Assembly (NCBI RefSeq): GCF_900105015.1
Contig: NZ_FNLK01000003.1
Coordinates: 30,001-62,000 of the forward strand
From: Schaalia meyeri
GTDB taxonomy: Bacteria > Actinomycetota > Actinomycetes > Actinomycetales > Actinomycetaceae
Length of the DNA: 32,000 nt
Reading direction: 5' to 3'
Both the position numbers and the translations under genes were made by a program. The notes under the pieces were generated by a model, which was given only the letters and a program-made list of their open reading frames with translations, searched no databases and was not told the origin of the DNA. Positions 28,555 to 32,000 of this stretch are shown in pieces (the first letter of the stretch is position 1; every line of letters begins with the position of its first letter).

Positions 28555-28691
28555 ATTTCTCCGTTCCGGAAAGCGCCTCCGGTCCGGAGACGCCCTACTG
28601 ATATTGCTGGCAGCTCATCGCTGGGTACTCATCGGGTGCCCATCAGCTTCCAACCCGCTTCCATTTTCTCGGCGTTGATGGCACACGGCCA

Positions 28692-28979
28692 TCACTGGGT
28701 GGTGATCAACTCCTCCACGGCTTCCCACACGTTTTCCGAAACGTCCGCCGTTCGGAAGGCGCGTGCGAGGGCACGCCTGACCCGAGCGCGCTGAACGCAC
28801 CCCGCATCGGGATGGATCCACGCCCCTCGGCCCGGAAGAGCCGCCGCCCGGTCGACGCGAGTCGAACCGTCCGGCGAGCGTACGATCCGCAACATGTCGG
28901 ATCGCTGCGCTTTGGCGCCGCATCCAATGCAGGTGCGCTGGGGCCCACGAGTAGGCACCGGCAGCACGGGATACGACAC
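28692..28979 (-). CDS. ylxR: YlxR/RnpM family (DUF448) RNA-binding protein
   Basis: 95 aa. RTCIGCGAKAQRSDMLRIV...PGRGAWIHPDAGCVQRA matches the YlxR pattern, and the gene sits between nusA and infB. The GTG start at 28979 is uncertain because other in-frame GTGs follow. Confidence 0.85.
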   Translation of the reverse strand: MSYPVLPVPTRGPQRTCIGCGAKAQRSDMLRIVRSPDGSTRVDRAAALPGRGAWIHPDAGCVQRARVRRALARAFRTADVSENVWEAVEELITTQ

Positions 28980-29023
28980 AATCCCCTAGCTTAGTCCAGC
29001 TGGGGGATTGCTCGTCTGAGATT

Positions 29024-30052
29024 CTATGAGCGACTTGTCACGTCATCGGGAGCGGAGACCCTCGATGCGGTCGCGTCGTCACCGGTTTCTGTGTCGGCAT
29101 GAATGTCGATGTGGTAGTTCGTCAAGCGCGCGGCCAGACGCGCGTTCTGACCTTCCTTACCGATGGCGAGGGAGAGCTGGAAATCCGGGACGATCGCCGT
29201 CGCGGTGCGGTTGTCGACGGAGTGGACGACAACGCGGGTGACGCGCGCCGGGGACAGCGAGTTCGCGACGAAGCGCGCCGGGTCTTCGGAGTAGTCGACG
29301 ATGTCAATCTTCTCGCCGCCCAGCTCAGCCATGACGGAGCGCACGCGCGCCCCCATCGGACCGATGCAGGCGCCCTTGGCGTTGATACCGTCGCGGGTGG
29401 CCGCAACCGCGATCTTGGTGCGGTGGCCCGCCTCGCGAGCAATCGCCCTAATTTTCACGAGGCCCTGCTGGATTTCGGGGACCTCACGCTGGAAGAGTCC
29501 TGCCACGAGGTTCGGGTGCGTGCGGGACAGGGTGACGCGGGGACCGCGCTCGGTGCGTTCGACGCCCACGACGTAGGCGCGGATGCGGTCGCCGTGGCGG
29601 TAGGCCTCGCCGGATACCTTTTCACCGTCGGGCAGGATGGCCTCGAAGTCGTCGGAGACCTGGATCATCGTCGGGCGCCCGGGGCGCGAGGCCTGGATGG
29701 TGCCGGTGATGACCTGACCTTCACGGCCGGCAAAGTCACCGAAGACGCGCTGGTCGTCTGCGTCGCGCAGACGCTGCATGATGACGGAACGCGCGGTGGA
29801 CTGCGCGATGCGCCCAAAGTTCTTGGGTGTGTCGTCGAATTCACCGATGGGGTTGCCGTCTTCATCTTCGTCCATCGCCATGACGGTCACGCGGCCGGTC
29901 TTTTTATCGATTTCGATGCGAGCCTCAGAGATTGCTCCAGGCAGGTTGTGGTAAGCCTTGAGCAGCGCCTCTTCGATGGCGTCGACCAGGGTCTCGAGGC
30001 TGACGCCCTTCTCGTTTTCCACCATCCGCAGAGCGGTCATATCGATTTCCAT
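29024..30052 (-). CDS. nusA: Transcription termination/antitermination factor NusA
   Basis: MEIDMTALRMVENEKGVSLETLVDAIEEALLKAY, an S1 region (GQVITGTIQ) and tandem KH domains. 342 aa, with no AR1/AR2 repeats. SD AGGAG lies upstream of ATG 30052. Confidence 0.95.
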   Translation of the reverse strand: MEIDMTALRMVENEKGVSLETLVDAIEEALLKAYHNLPGAISEARIEIDKKTGRVTVMAMDEDEDGNPIGEFDDTPKNFGRIAQSTARSVIMQRLRDADDQRVFGDFAGREGQVITGTIQASRPGRPTMIQVSDDFEAILPDGEKVSGEAYRHGDRIRAYVVGVERTERGPRVTLSRTHPNLVAGLFQREVPEIQQGLVKIRAIAREAGHRTKIAVAATRDGINAKGACIGPMGARVRSVMAELGGEKIDIVDYSEDPARFVANSLSPARVTRVVVHSVDNRTATAIVPDFQLSLAIGKEGQNARLAARLTNYHIDIHADTETGDDATASRVSAPDDVTSRS

Positions 30053-30058
30053 GGTCTC

Positions 30059-30529
30059 CTACTTCCCCGTTGCGAAGTCGACGCGGGAGCGCGCCTTCCT
30101 CATATCCTGATAGTCAATGGTAGTCGTTGTGCCGTCGACTTCGATCGTTGCGCTGGTCCCGTCGGCATCGACGACGCGGCCGCAAACGTATCCCCCCGCG
30201 CGAAGCTTGATGCGAACGAGGCGTCCAATCTGGCGCAGCCAGTGCCCGACCTTGGTGAGTTCGCGCTCGGCTCCGGGGGTGGACACCTCAAGCAAATATT
30301 CGCCATCGATCGGGTCAGCCTCATCCAGCGCTTTCGACACGGCACGGGACACGCTCGCCAGGGTGTCCGAGTCGATATCCTCCGCACCGACCGGAGCATC
30401 AACGATGACCCGCAGGAGGGGCATCGCGTCGGAGCGTGACCGGCTCACCGAATCCAGTTCCAGTCCCGACTGTGCGGCCACGGGAGCCAGCAGCTCCTCA
30501 AGCGGTCCATCTGACGTGGACGATGCCAT
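30059..30529 (-). CDS. rimP: Ribosome maturation factor RimP
   Basis: Track ORF 30059..30538 starts with TTG. I prefer ATG 30529 (MASSTSDGPLEELLAPV...). The YLLEVSTPGAEREL motif is typical of RimP. The stop lies 6 nt before the nusA ATG. Confidence 0.88.
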   Translation of the reverse strand: MASSTSDGPLEELLAPVAAQSGLELDSVSRSRSDAMPLLRVIVDAPVGAEDIDSDTLASVSRAVSKALDEADPIDGEYLLEVSTPGAERELTKVGHWLRQIGRLVRIKLRAGGYVCGRVVDADGTSATIEVDGTTTTIDYQDMRKARSRVDFATGK

Positions 30530-30601
30530 ATGCGCCAATCTTTCTTCTCGCGTACGCGGGTCAGTTACCTATCTTACCCGCGGGTGTGGGATGATGCGGG
30601 T

Positions 30602-31606
30602 GTGCATTTCGCAAATCTGACTTTCGCCACACGTCGCTTCCCCGGCCTCGTCGCTACTGGCGCGGCACTCCTTGCGCTGTCCGCGTGCCACGCCTCGTCC
30701 CTGCCGTCCCTGTCCGGCTTCGCGGCCGTGCGAGACCAGGCCGCTCGCACTGAATCAGCCGCGTCCGCCCGCGCGTCCCAGCTGGCGCAGGTCGCCACTG
30801 ACTGCGCATCCTGCTCGGCGGCTCTTCGGGCGGCCGCGTCCGCATCGGATGAACGCCTACAGGCGCTCGGCGGCCTGTGGGACCCGTGGGGAGGCGCCAC
30901 CCCCGAAGGAGAATCGGAGCCTGCCGCCGTGTCGGAAGCGCCCACGGAGGTGTCCGCCTACGTCTCGTGGCTGGCCCGAACGGCGACGCGCGACCTGGAA
31001 ATCGCATCCGACCCGGACCGCGCCTCCATGGAGGAGGCGCGCACCCTCGCGGCGTCCGCACTGGGACGCTACGCGACCGCCGTCATGCTCGGCCAGGCGT
31101 ACGGCATCGACCTGGATGCGGGGCGGGAACAGGCCACGGCCGTCAACGACCGCATCAACGCGGCATCTCGTCAGGGCGTCCAGACGTGGTCGATTGACCT
31201 TTTCGACGCCCCCTCTGTGACGTCAGCCTTCGCCCCTTCGGGCAAGGAGCTGGCGTCCTCCACGGAGCTGTCGAACGCGGTCGCCACGTGGGATTGCACG
31301 GCTTCCACGCTCCCGAAGGCCCAGCTACATGCGGGTACGTTGAACGACGCCTACGACGTGTCGGGCCAGCTGCTGGCCCGCGCCGAGACGGCCCTGCGAG
31401 CGGGGGCAGCGGACACGCGCACCCCGCGCTGCGAGCTGGAGGCCCTCGACCCGGCATCTCTGGCTTCCAACCTGTTGGCGGCGGATGCCGCCATGCTGGC
31501 CTCCGATTCCGCTTCTGTGCGCTCAGCTGGTGCCAGTGCCGCTCTGGCGGATATCGAGCAGTGGGCGTCGCGCACGTCCCTGCCCTCGCTCATCGGTACC
31601 CGCTGA
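30602..31606 (+). CDS. Ala-rich putative lipoprotein with a CxxC motif, function unknown
   Basis: Frame of track ORF 30530..31606. Signal peptide ...ATRRFPGLVATGAALLALSAC carries a lipobox (LSAC) and an RR pair. The mature part is Ala-rich and contains TDCASCSAAL. The start is uncertain (GTG 30602 or GTG 30584) and no clear SD is present. Confidence 0.6.
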   Translation: MHFANLTFATRRFPGLVATGAALLALSACHASSLPSLSGFAAVRDQAARTESAASARASQLAQVATDCASCSAALRAAASASDERLQALGGLWDPWGGATPEGESEPAAVSEAPTEVSAYVSWLARTATRDLEIASDPDRASMEEARTLAASALGRYATAVMLGQAYGIDLDAGREQATAVNDRINAASRQGVQTWSIDLFDAPSVTSAFAPSGKELASSTELSNAVATWDCTASTLPKAQLHAGTLNDAYDVSGQLLARAETALRAGAADTRTPRCELEALDPASLASNLLAADAAMLASDSASVRSAGASAALADIEQWASRTSLPSLIGTR

Positions 31607-31740
31607 CGCGCGCCATCACAGCACCATCTCACCTTTAACGCGGGCGGCGTAACCGCTCGTGCCGCGCATGACCCGTTTCCACCTGGCGGCTCTTCGGCCC
31701 GCGGGCTTTTTTCGGCCAGACTTAGGGCGCCAAAGGCCGA

Positions 31741-31772
31741 GGCCGCGGAAACGCGATTGCGTCCCCGCGGCC
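31741..31772 (-). terminator. Strong hairpin downstream of the wall-binding protein gene (probable terminator)
   Basis: The minus strand reads GGCCGCGGGGACGC-AATC-GCGTTTCCGCGGCC, a 14-bp stem including 2 G-U pairs with a 4-nt loop. It begins 22 nt after the stop, and TCGGCCTTTGG follows. The plus-strand version has 2 mismatches, so it is better formed on the minus strand. Confidence 0.5.
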
Positions 31773-31794
31773 CCGGCCCGCCGCTTAGGGTGGA

Positions 31795-32000
31795 TCAGAT
31801 CCACGCACCCGAGGGCGAGAAGCGGTACCAGCGTCCGTCGATCATATGCCAACCGGTGACCATGTGACCGTCAGAGGCGAGGTAGTACCAGGTACCTCCG
31901 AGCTGCAGCCAACCGGTGACCATCGCGCCGGAGGCGTCCAGGTAGTACCAGCTACCGTCGACCTGCGCCCAGCCGGTAACCATGACACCCGTGTCGGGGT
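31795..32000 (-). CDS. Cell-wall-binding (choline-binding-type, CW_binding_1) repeat protein, C-terminal end only
   Basis: The track ORF 31795..31983 frame stays open to the window edge (...PDTGVMVTGW...). It holds 20-aa repeats of the form MVTGW-x4-G-x-WYY-x4-G. Stop TGA at 31797-31795. Confidence 0.8.
   Translation of the reverse strand, partial: PDTGVMVTGWAQVDGSWYYLDASGAMVTGWLQLGGTWYYLASDGHMVTGWHMIDGRWYRFSPSGAWI
31798..32000 (-). repeat. 60-bp coding tandem repeats (wall-binding modules)
   Basis: ccaaccggtgaccat occurs at 31849 and 31909, and ccagccggtaaccat at 31969, an exact 60-bp period. ggtagtacca recurs with the same period. Confidence 0.85.

Noticed and set aside
1-32000. Looked for mobile elements, toxin-antitoxin pairs, restriction-modification or other defence modules, and compositional islands
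   Set aside because: Every sizeable ORF is accounted for by a housekeeping family or a small conserved hypothetical. No transposase, integrase or recombinase motifs, flanking direct repeats or obvious low-G+C islands were seen, apart from short intergenic stretches.

Overview
The window is a high-G+C chromosomal core segment with actinobacterial gene content and order; the cell-wall-binding repeats at the right edge suggest an Actinomycetaceae-like organism. G+C was judged by eye, not computed. I can support about 30 protein-coding genes, and from 1865 to 30538 all but two are on the minus strand. Left to right they are: hflX (partial), a divergent RsmC-like methyltransferase, dapF-miaA, a plus-strand pair of YbjN-like proteins, and miaB. 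Next come a CinA C-domain gene, recX, recA (with a LexA/SOS box upstream), a DUF3046 gene, a ClgR-like XRE regulator, pgsA and ftsK. These are followed by a PfkB kinase, RNase J, dapA, a GNAT gene, dapB, an M16 peptidase, pnp, rpsO, ribF, truB, rbfA, infB, ylxR, nusA and rimP. The window ends with a divergent Ala-rich lipoprotein and the 3' end of a convergent cell-wall-binding repeat protein. I saw no rRNA or tRNA genes, CRISPR arrays, transposases, integrases or recognisable defence genes. I do not see a convincing novel multi-gene system; this looks like an ordinary, highly conserved housekeeping region. The least explained items are the translationally coupled YbjN-like pair between miaA and miaB, the orphan CxxC lipoprotein next to rimP, the tight recA-recX-cinA-miaB array, unusual low-complexity tails on FtsK and PgsA, and coding tandem repeats in infB and the wall-binding protein. 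Many track ORFs are over-extended at the 5' end or are antisense artefacts of high G+C. I re-set starts by hand using family N-termini and Shine-Dalgarno (SD) sequences.
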